Assembly (NCBI GenBank): GCA_964512835.1
Contig: CAZELA010000001.1
Coordinates: forward strand, 169,372-233,371
Length of the DNA stretch: 64,000 nucleotides
Reading direction: 5' to 3'
DNA from: an uncultured Candidatus Saccharibacteria bacterium
GTDB taxonomy: Bacteria; Patescibacteriota; Minisyncoccia; Phycocordibacterales; UBA2100
The notes under the pieces were generated by a model. That model did no database searches. It was not told where the DNA came from and saw only the letters and a program-made list of their open reading frames with translations. A program made the position numbers and the translations under genes. Shown piece after piece: positions 35,591-45,681 of this stretch. Numbering within the stretch: the first letter of the stretch is position 1; each line of letters starts with the position of its first letter.

Positions 35591-37798
35591 CTATTGTACA
35601 GTAGGCCACTTCGCGACCATGAGCTGGTCGGACGACTTGTGGGGAAGATGCTGCCAGATGGTCTCGGTAACGAACGGCATCATCGGATGCAATAGTCGGA
35701 TTGATATCGTAAGGATCTCGTAGAGTGCGCGTTCGCGGGATTTCTTTGCGGTCTCGTCCTCGCCTTTGAATATCGGCTTCGACTCTTCGAGAATCTCCGC
35801 GGCGAAACGGTCCCACACATAGTGATAGACCGTGTCTGCCGCAATATCGAGTCGGAATGATTCGATGTGATCGGTCACGTTCTGCGCGATGCGATTCGCC
35901 TCGCGGATGAGTTCGGTATCGGCCTCCACTAGTGTCGCGTTCTCGTCGAGTTCGGATGTATTTTCGAGGACGAAGCGCGTGATGTTCCATACTTTGTTGG
36001 CAAAGTTCTTGAATCCGCGTATGCGGTCCTCGGAGAGTTTCTGGTCGTTGCCGATCTGCACGCCAAAGATGAGCGAAAGGCGTGTTGCATCGGCGCCGTA
36101 TTTTTCCGCCATTTCCAGGGGGTCGATGATGTTGCCGAGCGATTTCGACATCTTGCGACCCTGACCGTCGCGCACGAGTCCGTGCAGGTAGACGTGCCTA
36201 AACGGCACCTGACCGACGAGGAATCCGCTCATGAGAATCATGCGCGCCACCCAGAAGAAAATGATGTCATACCCCGTTTCGAGCACGCTGGTCGGATGAT
36301 AGGTACGGAAATCGGCCGTATCATCGGGCCAGCCGAGTGTGGTCATGGTCCAGAGTCCGCTCGAGAACCATGTATCGAGCACATCGGGGTCTTGTTCCCA
36401 ACCTTCGCCGGGTGACTCGATCTGCACTTTTGTTTCTCCATCCTTTGACCACGCCGGAATACGGTGACCGAACCAGATCTGTCGCGAGATGTTCCAGTCG
36501 CGAAGATTGTCGATCCAATGGAAATAAATTTTCTCGAAGCGGTCGGGGAGAATTTTGACACCGCCCTGATCCACCGCCTTGCGCATAATTTCTTTCAGCG
36601 TGACGGTTGCCCCGCTTTCGATTCCCGGTATTTCTGAATGGGGAAGCACGAACTCTTTGTTCACATTTATGAACCACTGCTTTTTGATCTGCGGTTCGAT
36701 CACGCCGCCGCCGCGCTCGTTGGTTGCCACGTTGTGCGTGTAGCCTTCGTCGATTTTTACGATGAGTCCCTTTGTCTGCAAATGTTCGACGATCATCGGA
36801 CGTGCTTTTTTGATGTGTTGACCTGCGAATTGACCGGCGATCGGCAGCAGTATGCCGCGCTCGTCGATAACCTGCTCGATATCGAGATTGTGACGCTTTG
36901 CGATTTCGTAATCGATGCCGGAGTGCGAGGGTGTGATTGTCATCACACCGGAGCCGAATTCCATGTCGGCGGCTTCATCCTTGATAACGGTCGCTTCGAT
37001 CGGGCCGTTGATCCATTCGAGTGTGAGCTTTTGACCGTGTGTGTAGTCTTTGTAACGGGCGTCGTTCGGATGCATGACTACATACTTGTCGCCGAACTTC
37101 GTTTCGGGGCGCACGGTGCCGATCACGAACGGTCCGTACTGGAAATGGTAGAACGGGTCCTTTTGTTCCACGTAGACGATTTCGTCGTCGGAGACTGTGG
37201 TTTGCAATTTTGGATCCCAGTTCACGATGCGATCCCCGCGATAAATGAGACCCGCATCGTACATTCGCACGAACGCTTCCATGACCGCGCGGTATCGCGG
37301 CGCATCCATCGTGTACGCATAGCGACTCCAATCGAGTGAGCTACCAAGTTTTTTGATTTGGTTGATGATTGTGTTCTTGCTCTCTTCTACGAATGCATCA
37401 ATCCGTTCCATGAGACCATCTCGACCGAGATCGTGGCGGGTCTTTTTTTCCGTCTTGTACAAAATTTCCTCTACCTTTGCCTGTGTGGCGAGCGCGGCGG
37501 AATCAGTGCCCGGAATCCACAATGTCTTGTATCCGCGCATACGTCGGTAGCGGATCAATAGGTCCTCGATCGCAAGCATCGACGCGTGTCCGATGTGGAG
37601 GGTCCCGGTCACGTTCGGTGGGGGAAGCACAATAGAGAACGACGGCGCGTCCTCCGGAATCAGTCCCTTTTTGATCATGGCGTCCGGGTTTGCGTAGCCT
37701 GCTGTATCCCAGAGGGCGAGCGCCTCAGGCTCCCGCTCTGCTGGGTTATATGGGCTCAGGAAGGCTTCCGGTGCCTTGAAGGGCTCTTTCTCGTTCAT
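35591..37798 (-). CDS. valS: Valine--tRNA ligase (short form, 735 aa)
   Basis: HIGH motif (PNVTGTLHIGHA), KMSKS, and an editing domain. Lacks the long C-terminal coiled coil. Confidence 0.88.
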   Translation of the reverse strand: MNEKEPFKAPEAFLSPYNPAEREPEALALWDTAGYANPDAMIKKGLIPEDAPSFSIVLPPPNVTGTLHIGHASMLAIEDLLIRYRRMRGYKTLWIPGTDSAALATQAKVEEILYKTEKKTRHDLGRDGLMERIDAFVEESKNTIINQIKKLGSSLDWSRYAYTMDAPRYRAVMEAFVRMYDAGLIYRGDRIVNWDPKLQTTVSDDEIVYVEQKDPFYHFQYGPFVIGTVRPETKFGDKYVVMHPNDARYKDYTHGQKLTLEWINGPIEATVIKDEAADMEFGSGVMTITPSHSGIDYEIAKRHNLDIEQVIDERGILLPIAGQFAGQHIKKARPMIVEHLQTKGLIVKIDEGYTHNVATNERGGGVIEPQIKKQWFINVNKEFVLPHSEIPGIESGATVTLKEIMRKAVDQGGVKILPDRFEKIYFHWIDNLRDWNISRQIWFGHRIPAWSKDGETKVQIESPGEGWEQDPDVLDTWFSSGLWTMTTLGWPDDTADFRTYHPTSVLETGYDIIFFWVARMILMSGFLVGQVPFRHVYLHGLVRDGQGRKMSKSLGNIIDPLEMAEKYGADATRLSLIFGVQIGNDQKLSEDRIRGFKNFANKVWNITRFVLENTSELDENATLVEADTELIREANRIAQNVTDHIESFRLDIAADTVYHYVWDRFAAEILEESKPIFKGEDETAKKSRERALYEILTISIRLLHPMMPFVTETIWQHLPHKSSDQLMVAKWPTVQ

Positions 37799-37909
37799 CG
37801 GGATATGGTAGCAGAACTGAGCCGTTTTTGCCCGATTTTGGACAATACAAAGCGGTTGCTATTTAAGGAGGGAGCGGTACATTCGAAAGAGAAGAGAAAG
37901 GAATGAGAA

Positions 37910-38689
37910 ATGATGCATTGCGACTACTTTGCTGCGCTACGGCATGGCCATGCGTACAACAACGAGGCCGAGGAGAATTTCAAAGCAGGAGACCCGCGGG
38001 CATACGACAGTGCTATTGAAGTACCGTCGTCGTGTCACGATCTGACCGAGGAGGGAAAGCGACAGGCCATTCTCAGCGGTTTGTGGCTTCGCGAACACGG
38101 GTTCCAGTTTGACGAGTATGTTGTGTCGGGATTCCTGCGCACCATGCGTACCGCCGCGTTGCTCGGCATTGAAGGAGCGCGCTGGAAAGTAGACGAGCGG
38201 CTGTGTGAAAAAGACAGCGGCGTTCTCAATACGCTCACACCGAGTAAGGTGCGACTGCATATCGAAGCGCGCGGTCACATTCGCCACAAGCACGACCCGT
38301 ATCGGTTCCGACCCGAACACGGCGAATCGTTTCTTGATGTCGACGGACGCATCCGTCCGTCGTTCGAAGAAATTCGTCGTCGACGATTGACCGTGTGTCA
38401 TGGGCATGTGATCCGTGTGCTCGACCGCGTGATCATGGGAGGTATGAACGCGTGGGAGTTCGGCTTGTTCAATGTGGTAAGCGGAGACGTGCCCAATGGT
38501 GCGCTCATCGAGTATCGTCGCGAGGGTGACGTGTGGATGCGAAGGCAGAGCATTCCGCACCTCGGCATACCGCCGAGCGACGAATGGCACCCGATCATTC
38601 CGGTCAGATATTCAAACGAAGATCTGACAAACCTCATCGAGCGAGTTCTTGCTCGAGTCGATGAATTGAAAAGAGAAGCCGCGGCATGA
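37910..38689 (+). CDS. Histidine phosphatase superfamily (phosphoglycerate-mutase-like) protein
   Basis: N-terminal LRHGHAYNN catalytic RHG motif. Confidence 0.6.
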   Translation: MMHCDYFAALRHGHAYNNEAEENFKAGDPRAYDSAIEVPSSCHDLTEEGKRQAILSGLWLREHGFQFDEYVVSGFLRTMRTAALLGIEGARWKVDERLCEKDSGVLNTLTPSKVRLHIEARGHIRHKHDPYRFRPEHGESFLDVDGRIRPSFEEIRRRRLTVCHGHVIRVLDRVIMGGMNAWEFGLFNVVSGDVPNGALIEYRREGDVWMRRQSIPHLGIPPSDEWHPIIPVRYSNEDLTNLIERVLARVDELKREAAA

Positions 38690-38704
38690 CCGCGGCTTAC
38701 TTTT

Positions 38705-39868
38705 TTATGCGAGCTTGAGATTGCCGGTGGCTACCAACGAATCAGGTTCGGTAAATTTTTTCTGCGTCGCTTTGAAGTATCCCGCGATTGCGATCATGAT
38801 TGCGTTGTCAGTCGCGAGTTCCGGCGGCGGAATGAGCAGGTTGGCCGGATTACCCGCCTGTGCGAGCGCCTCGGTAAGTTGTGCGCGAATGTGTGTGTTT
38901 GCCGAAACGCCGCCGCCGACGACGACGGTCTGTGCGCCGAATTCCTCAACGGCACGGAGTGTTTTGTGCACCAGTACGTCAGACACTGTGTCTTCAAATT
39001 CGCGGGCGATCATTCGCTTCAACTCGTCGCTGAGCGGCCGTCGCTGTTCGACTACGGTGCGCACGGCGGTCTTGAGGCCGGAGAACGAAAAATCATACGA
39101 CTCATCGCGTAGCATCGGGCGCGTGAACGCAATGTGACCGGAGAGACGTTGTTCGCGCGCTTCGGCGGCCAAGCGGCTTACCTCGGGGCCACCCGGGTAC
39201 GGGAGGTCGAGCAAGCGCGCGACTTTGTCGAATGCTTCGCCGGCGGCGTCATCGCGCGTTTCTCCGATGCGTTCGTACAGTCCGAACGCACGCGAGAGCA
39301 CGAGTTCGGTATGTCCGCCGGAGATCAACAGAGACAGAAGGGGGAAATCGACGTGTCGCTGCAACCCGAGATCCATCATAGAAAGCAATATGTGGCCTTC
39401 CATATGATTGACCGCAACGACGGGTACGTTCCACAAAAGTGACAGCGCCTTTGCGCAATTGATCCCGACCCAGAGCGCGGGTTCAAGTCCGGGGCCGACT
39501 GTCACCGCGATCGCGTCGATACTCGGTTTGCCGCTTTCGAGCGCGAATCCGGTGATTGCCTCTAGGAGCTCCGGTTCGCGATGCAGAATTGATTTGAGGT
39601 CGTTTGCGATCACGGCGAGATCGGCGCGGCCGCTTTCGAGATCGCCGGATTGTCTGAGTGTTTCGCGCAAGAGCGGAATCAAATTCTTTGCATGCTCGCG
39701 TTTTGCGAGATTGGGAAACACGCCGCCGTACTCCGCATGCAATGATGCCTGCGAAAATAACGCATTGCCCAAAATATCGAACTTGAAATCGTTGCCGAAC
39801 TCACCGCCGGCATCGATCAGCGTAACTGCAGTCTCATCACAACTTGTTTCGATGCCGAGAATTTTCAT
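38705..39868 (-). CDS. tsaD: tRNA N6-adenosine threonylcarbamoyltransferase
   Basis: MKILGIETSCDETAVTLI. Kae1/TsaD metal-binding HMEGH. The 5' end was trimmed from the ORF track. Confidence 0.85.
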   Translation of the reverse strand: MKILGIETSCDETAVTLIDAGGEFGNDFKFDILGNALFSQASLHAEYGGVFPNLAKREHAKNLIPLLRETLRQSGDLESGRADLAVIANDLKSILHREPELLEAITGFALESGKPSIDAIAVTVGPGLEPALWVGINCAKALSLLWNVPVVAVNHMEGHILLSMMDLGLQRHVDFPLLSLLISGGHTELVLSRAFGLYERIGETRDDAAGEAFDKVARLLDLPYPGGPEVSRLAAEAREQRLSGHIAFTRPMLRDESYDFSFSGLKTAVRTVVEQRRPLSDELKRMIAREFEDTVSDVLVHKTLRAVEEFGAQTVVVGGGVSANTHIRAQLTEALAQAGNPANLLIPPPELATDNAIMIAIAGYFKATQKKFTEPDSLVATGNLKLA

Positions 39869-39924
39869 ATCCGTGCTCATAGAATAGCTCGAGCGTCGAC
39901 ATTCGGCTAGAATCAAGCAAACGT

Positions 39925-41727
39925 ATGCTGAATCTGTACAAAGAAAATCCGAAAATGTGGCGCAGCGATGTGCCGCAGACAAAAAATCCGTTGCGATTCT
40001 TTTTGTACGTCTCGCGTCCGCACTGGAAGGCTGCGACGGTTGCGATAGTCATCTCAATGGCCGGCGGTGCGCTCGCCTCCAGTGTCGCGTACCTCTTCAA
40101 GCTCATCACGAACGCTGCGGCGGCGATTCCGACCGGCGGCTCGTATAACGCAGTCGTACTGTGGGCGGTCGCGTATATCGTGGTGCTCGGTATCGGAAAG
40201 CTTATGTGGCGTATTGCCGGATTTTCGGCGGCGCGGTGGGCAACCGGCGCCTCCGCCACTGCCCGATTTGCGCTCACATCGTATGTAACCCTGCACAGCC
40301 GATCGTATTTTTCTGACCGTTTCTCCGGATCAATCATGAATAAGATCCGTCACGCGACCGCCGGCGTGCGCGAGACGATCGACATGATTCTGTGGGAATT
40401 CCTTGAAGTCGGCATCAGCGTCGTCGTGAGCTTTATACTCGCGTGGTTTGTCAGTCCCATCATTGCACTCGTATTCATCGTGTGGGTGATACTCATGTTC
40501 AGTATCAACATGTACCTGGGGAAGCGACGCGTGCCGCTCGCTACCTATGCGCACACGTTGGAGACGCAGATCAACGGTGCGACCGTCGATTTGTTGTCGA
40601 ATGTGAGTGCGATGCAGGAATACGCGCGTCGCGAATTCGAGATCGAACGGCTCAAGAGCATGGCAGAGCTTCGTCGTCAGGCACATCTGCGGAGCTGGTT
40701 CTTCGGGGAATGGACGCGCGCATTGAACAGCGTGCTGTTAGTTGTGTTCGGAAGCGTGCTCATTTATATGGCGGTTGCGTTTGCCAAGGCCGGTGCGATG
40801 TCGGTCGGGGACATTGTGCTTGTTATCGCGATCATTTTCCGCATTGAGGGGCAATTGCAGTCACTCGGATCTAACTTCAATAAGTTCGCCGAAACATGGG
40901 GTGAGATCAGCGAAAGTCTCGAGGAGATCATCGAGCCGCACGAGATTCCGGATAAACCCGGGGCACTGAATCTGCGCATCGCGAGTGCGGATATCACCTT
41001 TGAATCGATGACGTTCGGGTTTCAGGGGCAGGAAGTATTCAAGGACCTCTCGCTCACCATTCCCTCGGGACAGCGTGTCGGTCTTGTGGGTCGCTCCGGT
41101 GCGGGCAAATCGACACTGATCCGACTTCTGATGCATCACCACGACGTGCAGGCGGGCACCATCAAGATCGGTGGTATCGATATCGCGAGCGTTACGCAGG
41201 AAAGCGTACGACGCGCGATATCAATCGTGCCGCAGGAGCCGCTGTTGTTCCACCGAACCATTCGAGAGAACATCAGCTACGGTAAGCCGGATGCGTCGGA
41301 AGCCGAGATTATCGAGGCTGCAAAACAGGCCCAGGCACACGAGTTCATTCAGCGACTTTCGCAGGGCTATGAATCGATGGTCGGTGAGCGCGGTGTAAAA
41401 CTTTCCGGCGGTGAGCGTCAGCGTATTGCGATCGCCCGCGCGATACTCAAGAGTGCGCCGGTGCTGTTGCTCGACGAAGCGACGAGTGCGCTCGATAGCG
41501 AAAGCGAAGTGGAAATACAGAAGGCACTGCAATCACTCATGGAAGGAAAGACGGTGATCGCGATTGCACACCGACTCTCTACGCTGCGCCAGATGGATCG
41601 CATCATCGTGCTTGATCGCGGTCAGATAACCGAAGAGGGCACGCACGACGAACTCGTCGCAAAAGGCGGCATCTATTCAGAATTGTGGCAGCACCAAGCC
41701 GGCGGATTTATCCAAGACGTCGACTAG
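39925..41727 (+). CDS. ABC transporter permease/ATPase fusion (MsbA-like exporter)
   Basis: Six-transmembrane N-terminal domain. Walker A GRSGAGKST, signature LSGGERQR, Walker B LLLDEATSALD. Confidence 0.85.
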   Translation: MLNLYKENPKMWRSDVPQTKNPLRFFLYVSRPHWKAATVAIVISMAGGALASSVAYLFKLITNAAAAIPTGGSYNAVVLWAVAYIVVLGIGKLMWRIAGFSAARWATGASATARFALTSYVTLHSRSYFSDRFSGSIMNKIRHATAGVRETIDMILWEFLEVGISVVVSFILAWFVSPIIALVFIVWVILMFSINMYLGKRRVPLATYAHTLETQINGATVDLLSNVSAMQEYARREFEIERLKSMAELRRQAHLRSWFFGEWTRALNSVLLVVFGSVLIYMAVAFAKAGAMSVGDIVLVIAIIFRIEGQLQSLGSNFNKFAETWGEISESLEEIIEPHEIPDKPGALNLRIASADITFESMTFGFQGQEVFKDLSLTIPSGQRVGLVGRSGAGKSTLIRLLMHHHDVQAGTIKIGGIDIASVTQESVRRAISIVPQEPLLFHRTIRENISYGKPDASEAEIIEAAKQAQAHEFIQRLSQGYESMVGERGVKLSGGERQRIAIARAILKSAPVLLLDEATSALDSESEVEIQKALQSLMEGKTVIAIAHRLSTLRQMDRIIVLDRGQITEEGTHDELVAKGGIYSELWQHQAGGFIQDVD

Positions 41728-42146
41728 CTGATCCAGCCGAACGTTTTTGCCAGATAGGCAACTACGACTGCGGTTGTGCCGGTCGCGATCGTGCCCCACG
41801 CCATATCGGCGAGGACGAGATCCAGCGGCCAACGCGTGAGTGTGGCCGCATTCGTGAGGTCGTACACACCGTAGATGATGAGGCCCATCAGTGCGCCCAT
41901 TGCGAATAGGCGACCATAGTTTCCGCTCACGGATAACGGCAGCACAAAGTGTACGAGCGCTGCGGCAAGTAGCACGTAGACGAGTGCGGCAGCGACGAAG
42001 TTCACGTTCAGTGAGCCGTCAGGATGCAAACGGGCGAGTGAACCGAACCACTCTTTGTATCGCTCGGTCATTACATAGCCGAGCCAGACTGCATCGAGCG
42101 ATGCGAACACAATCATTGAAGATACGAACAGTTTCAGTGATGTCAT
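41724..42146 (-). CDS. Membrane protein (140 aa; DUF2177-like, tentative)
   Basis: Four hydrophobic segments. Overlaps the start of the upstream gene. Confidence 0.45.
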   Translation of the reverse strand: MTSLKLFVSSMIVFASLDAVWLGYVMTERYKEWFGSLARLHPDGSLNVNFVAAALVYVLLAAALVHFVLPLSVSGNYGRLFAMGALMGLIIYGVYDLTNAATLTRWPLDLVLADMAWGTIATGTTAVVVAYLAKTFGWIS

Positions 42147-42742
42147 GTTGTGAGTGTAGCAGTTGTCGTATCCGGTTGTGCCGGCACCGGGGTGGTCGCG
42201 TCAGCAACAGGTGCTGCAACCGGCTGCTTCGCGTTGTGGATGTGATCTCTCAGGATCTCAGCCGTCCCGCGTTCAAGAATCAGTGTCGTATCGGGTGCCG
42301 CATGAGGGCCGTCATGCTCGTGATTGAGCTGGTCGGCGGATGCGGTCCAGAGACGTACTTCGGTGAGACCGAACAGCCACAAGAGCGGCCCTCGTTCAAG
42401 ATCGAGCGTTTGAATGCGATTGAAATCGATCGTTTCGTACTGACGATACAGAATGCCTGAGTTGATGGTGATCGTACGGTCGGTCAGTGTGTAAGAAAAA
42501 AGTACAAAATTGAGTACCGGTTGAACGAGCGCTGCGATGATGAAAATGACAACGATGCCGGGCACTATATAGGGCATGAACACCGGACATGCGCTTTCCA
42601 TACACGCGGTAATGACAATGTCTCGCATGAATGCGCCGGCGATCACCGCAATGAACGCGAGTATGATCGCCGGATATGCGGAATACCAGAACGCCGCCTG
42701 CGACAGATGCTGCGGTTCGTTGTGAGGGATCATCACCGTCAA
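42143..42742 (-). CDS. Membrane protein with a bacterial PH (bPH_2/YdbS-like) domain
   Basis: Two N-terminal transmembrane segments followed by TDRTITINSGILYRQYETIDFNRIQ..LTEVRLWTA. Confidence 0.55.
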   Translation of the reverse strand: MTVMIPHNEPQHLSQAAFWYSAYPAIILAFIAVIAGAFMRDIVITACMESACPVFMPYIVPGIVVIFIIAALVQPVLNFVLFSYTLTDRTITINSGILYRQYETIDFNRIQTLDLERGPLLWLFGLTEVRLWTASADQLNHEHDGPHAAPDTTLILERGTAEILRDHIHNAKQPVAAPVADATTPVPAQPDTTTATLTT

Positions 42743-42837
42743 TTATATAGGGCCGGGATGCAGGAAAGCGGACTTATTGACACACGTCTGATCCATTGTG
42801 TAGGTTTGTGTCAGTTCGACAGGAAAGGGCAAACGGA

Positions 42838-43719
42838 ATGCTTACGGATCTCGGAATGGGACAGGTCAACGGTCACATCGTAGGGCGAGTCGTGAAAGAA
42901 GCGGTTCGCCGTGCGATGGTTATCGCCAAGCTTGAGCGCGCCGTTTTTGAAGCGACGACCAAGCTCGGGTACGACGGCAAGATGGACGATGTGTTCACGA
43001 GTGCGGACACGAAGGCCCAGGCGATATATTTGCGCACCTTTGATGAATGTTTTCCGAATGCCGGTGTGATCGGCGAAGAAGACAAGCTGTGGGTGAAGCC
43101 GAAAAACGGATGCCGTGCGTATTTTACGGTGGATCCGATTGACGGCACGCGCGCCTTCATCCGGCGGCAGTCGCACGGCATCGCGACCATGGTCGCGCTC
43201 GTGCTCGACGGCACCGTGATCTCGGCCTACATCGGCGACATCATGGCCGACGAGGTCTACGGCTATCGGCCGGATTCCAAGCGAGTGTTCCGGATCTCGC
43301 GACTCGATCACTTCGAGGAACTCGAGGCTCCCGAGCCGGTCGATATGAGCAAGCTCTATGTGATGCTGCGGGATCCGCCGGAGGAGTACGGCAATCACGC
43401 GCGTTCACTCCTGCCGCATTTCAAGAACTACGAGATCATGGGTTCTTCGATCGGCACGTGGGCGGCGCGGTTGTGGAAGCGCGAAGTCGGTGCGCTCCTC
43501 ATGCCTGAAGGCAACGAAACCCCCTGGGATTCGACGCCGGTCATCGGCATTTCGCAGGCGCTCGGGTATGTGTTTATGCGACCGGCGGAAGGGCACGCGT
43601 GGGAAGAGTATGTGCCCGAGCTCCCGATCCGTGTCATGAAGCGCGAACACGATACGCTGATCGTACACAGCACGATTGCCGATCAGTTCAAGCGCTCGTT
43701 TGCTATCAATAACGCCTGA
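42838..43719 (+). CDS. Inositol monophosphatase family protein
   Basis: IGEEDK...VDPIDGTRAFI metal-binding motifs. Confidence 0.7.
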   Translation: MLTDLGMGQVNGHIVGRVVKEAVRRAMVIAKLERAVFEATTKLGYDGKMDDVFTSADTKAQAIYLRTFDECFPNAGVIGEEDKLWVKPKNGCRAYFTVDPIDGTRAFIRRQSHGIATMVALVLDGTVISAYIGDIMADEVYGYRPDSKRVFRISRLDHFEELEAPEPVDMSKLYVMLRDPPEEYGNHARSLLPHFKNYEIMGSSIGTWAARLWKREVGALLMPEGNETPWDSTPVIGISQALGYVFMRPAEGHAWEEYVPELPIRVMKREHDTLIVHSTIADQFKRSFAINNA

Positions 43720-43830
43720 GTGCGTTCAACTGCACCCTTGTCGCTCGCGCGGCAAGGGTGCTTTTTACAGGGGAGTCAGCCAGGCTGGCCTGAAACAAAA
43801 AACAGCCCGGAGGGGCTGTTTTTTGATCAG

Positions 43831-43904
43831 GTGCGCGATACAGGAATCGAACCTGTCACCTACCCCACGTCAAGGGGTCGCTCTACCAAATGAGCTAATC
43901 GCGC
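43831..43904 (-). tRNA. tRNA-Val (anticodon GAC)
   Basis: Cloverleaf on the minus strand: GCGCGAT acceptor, GCTC/GAGC D-stem, ACCCC-TTGACGT-GGGGT anticodon arm, GGTTCGATTCC T-arm. No encoded CCA. A terminator hairpin at 43795-43825 follows on the plus strand. Confidence 0.8.
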
Positions 43905-44021
43905 GTGGCGCAAGTGTAGCAGATTAGCCCCGGATTGCCATATTGGTGAGAGGGGAATTTGACAATGTGGGATAATAGTGCTATATTTAATAGCGGACGG
44001 GTAACAGGGAGTTACATCCTC

Positions 44022-44303
44022 ATGGACAGAGCCGAGTACCTGAAAATTCAGGAAGCCCGGATCCTCGATCGGATGGCACGGTGCTTCAAAGTCGTCGAAA
44101 CGAAACGACTCGATGCGCCGCTCAAAGCCAACCACATCATCCCGTCACAGCAATTGGCACTTCAACGGCTGCACGACGGGTTATACGGGATCTGTATGGA
44201 CTGCGAACAGCCGATCTCGCATTCGCGATTGGAAGTTGTTCCCGCAGCACTGCGCTGCATTTCGTGTCAGGAGATCTCTGAAAACGGGTCGTCGCGCCAT
44301 TAA
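44022..44303 (+). CDS. DksA/TraR family C4-type zinc-finger protein
   Basis: CMDCEQPI..RLEVVPAALRCISCQ. ACAGGGAG ribosome-binding site. Confidence 0.7.
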   Translation: MDRAEYLKIQEARILDRMARCFKVVETKRLDAPLKANHIIPSQQLALQRLHDGLYGICMDCEQPISHSRLEVVPAALRCISCQEISENGSSRH

Positions 44304-44323
44304 GGCGCGACGACTTTCTGCTT

Positions 44324-45016
44324 TTATTGTTCGACGTTGTCGAAATTTTTTGTATACAAAAACCCGCGTTGAACAAAAAATGCGGGCGGCTTCTTTCCGT
44401 TCTTCTCAAACTCGCGGTACGCATCGAGGAGATCAAGTTCCGTTTCGGTCATATCAGATTCAGGGTACGCAGCTATCGGTACGCGCGCAGCAACGAACAG
44501 TATGTCTTCAGGTTTTACTTCTCCTTTAACCGATCGCACATAGGTCCGATCCAGTCCGTGGAACCGCTGTTCGGCATCCGGGAGCGACACGATATCGAGG
44601 GTGCCTTTCTTAAAACCGGCGACCGTCACCGCTCCGTTGATATGCCCGTATCCTTCCATATATGCATTACTGAGTCCGATCGAACCCAAAGACGCTTCCC
44701 ATTCAACCGCATTTGAGTAGCGGTCTCCCGGCGGAAAATCGATCGCGACGGGGTCGTGATGGACCGCCAGGTCCAATACTCGCTCCGGATCTTCGCGTCG
44801 TACTATTATCTTGCCGGTGCCGCGCAATGCGGCGTACATGTCAGAAATATTTTTGAATTCGACGGCGCCGGAATCGCGCAGGGCTCCGATGAGCTCCTGT
44901 GCCGTTTCGGTCATAACGCGATCCCGTTCGGGGCGCTCAAGTGAAAGTAGAACCTTTGTGTCCAGTGCTTTTTCGCGCAGACGAGATTGCCGCCCACGCG
45001 GCTGAAGGGATTCCAT
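44324..45016 (-). CDS. Hypothetical protein (~230 aa, start uncertain)
   Basis: Protein-like ORF with GYGHINGAVTVAGFKKG. No confident family assignment. Confidence 0.4.
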   Translation of the reverse strand: MESLQPRGRQSRLREKALDTKVLLSLERPERDRVMTETAQELIGALRDSGAVEFKNISDMYAALRGTGKIIVRREDPERVLDLAVHHDPVAIDFPPGDRYSNAVEWEASLGSIGLSNAYMEGYGHINGAVTVAGFKKGTLDIVSLPDAEQRFHGLDRTYVRSVKGEVKPEDILFVAARVPIAAYPESDMTETELDLLDAYREFEKNGKKPPAFFVQRGFLYTKNFDNVEQ

Positions 45017-45049
45017 GCCAAAAGTATACCGCGGTTGTATAGTGCTCGG

Positions 45050-45679
45050 ATGGAGATCATGCGGGTACAGGACGAACATGTAGCGGACTATGCTGCGGCG
45101 CAGGTAGATGCCGGAAGTGTCATCATATATCCCACCGATACGCTGTATGGGCTCGGTGCCGATGCGCTCTCTGATTCCGCGGTCAAACACATCTACGGGA
45201 TAAAGGGGAGAGATGAGGGCAAGCCCATACACGCGATTGTCTCGGACATGCAGATGGCTGCACGGTACGCACATATTACTGAATCGGCTCAAAAGCTCGC
45301 CGATGCATTTTTGCCCGGAGCGCTGACGCTCATTTTGAAAAAGAAGGACGGCATCGAGACCGGTATCGCAAAGGGGATCGATACGTTCGGGATCCGCATA
45401 CCCGACAATTCATTTTGTCGCGAACTATCCGAGCGCTTCGGCGGCCCGATCACGACGACAAGTGCGAACCGCGCGGGCATGATCCCGATGACAACGGTAA
45501 CCGCCATAGCGGAGCAGCTCGGGGATACCGCGTTAACGGTGGCGCTTGCAGTGGACGCCGGTGAACTGCCAAAACGCCTGCCGTCGACTGTGGTGGATTG
45601 TTCGGGTGATGTGCCGAACATTCTGCGCGAGGGGGCGATCCCTGCGGCAGACATCCGTCGTGCGCTCGGTGCGTCGTAA
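45050..45679 (+). CDS. tsaC: L-threonylcarbamoyladenylate synthase (YrdC/Sua5 family)
   Basis: YPTDTLYGLGADA, PITTTSANRAG and PSTVVD motifs. Confidence 0.8.
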   Translation: MEIMRVQDEHVADYAAAQVDAGSVIIYPTDTLYGLGADALSDSAVKHIYGIKGRDEGKPIHAIVSDMQMAARYAHITESAQKLADAFLPGALTLILKKKDGIETGIAKGIDTFGIRIPDNSFCRELSERFGGPITTTSANRAGMIPMTTVTAIAEQLGDTALTVALAVDAGELPKRLPSTVVDCSGDVPNILREGAIPAADIRRALGAS

Positions 45680-45681
45680 TG

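Noticed and set aside
39837-40337. 166-aa minus-strand ORF overlapping the ABC exporter start
   Set aside because: It is antisense to the well-supported MsbA-like gene and has no recognisable motifs.
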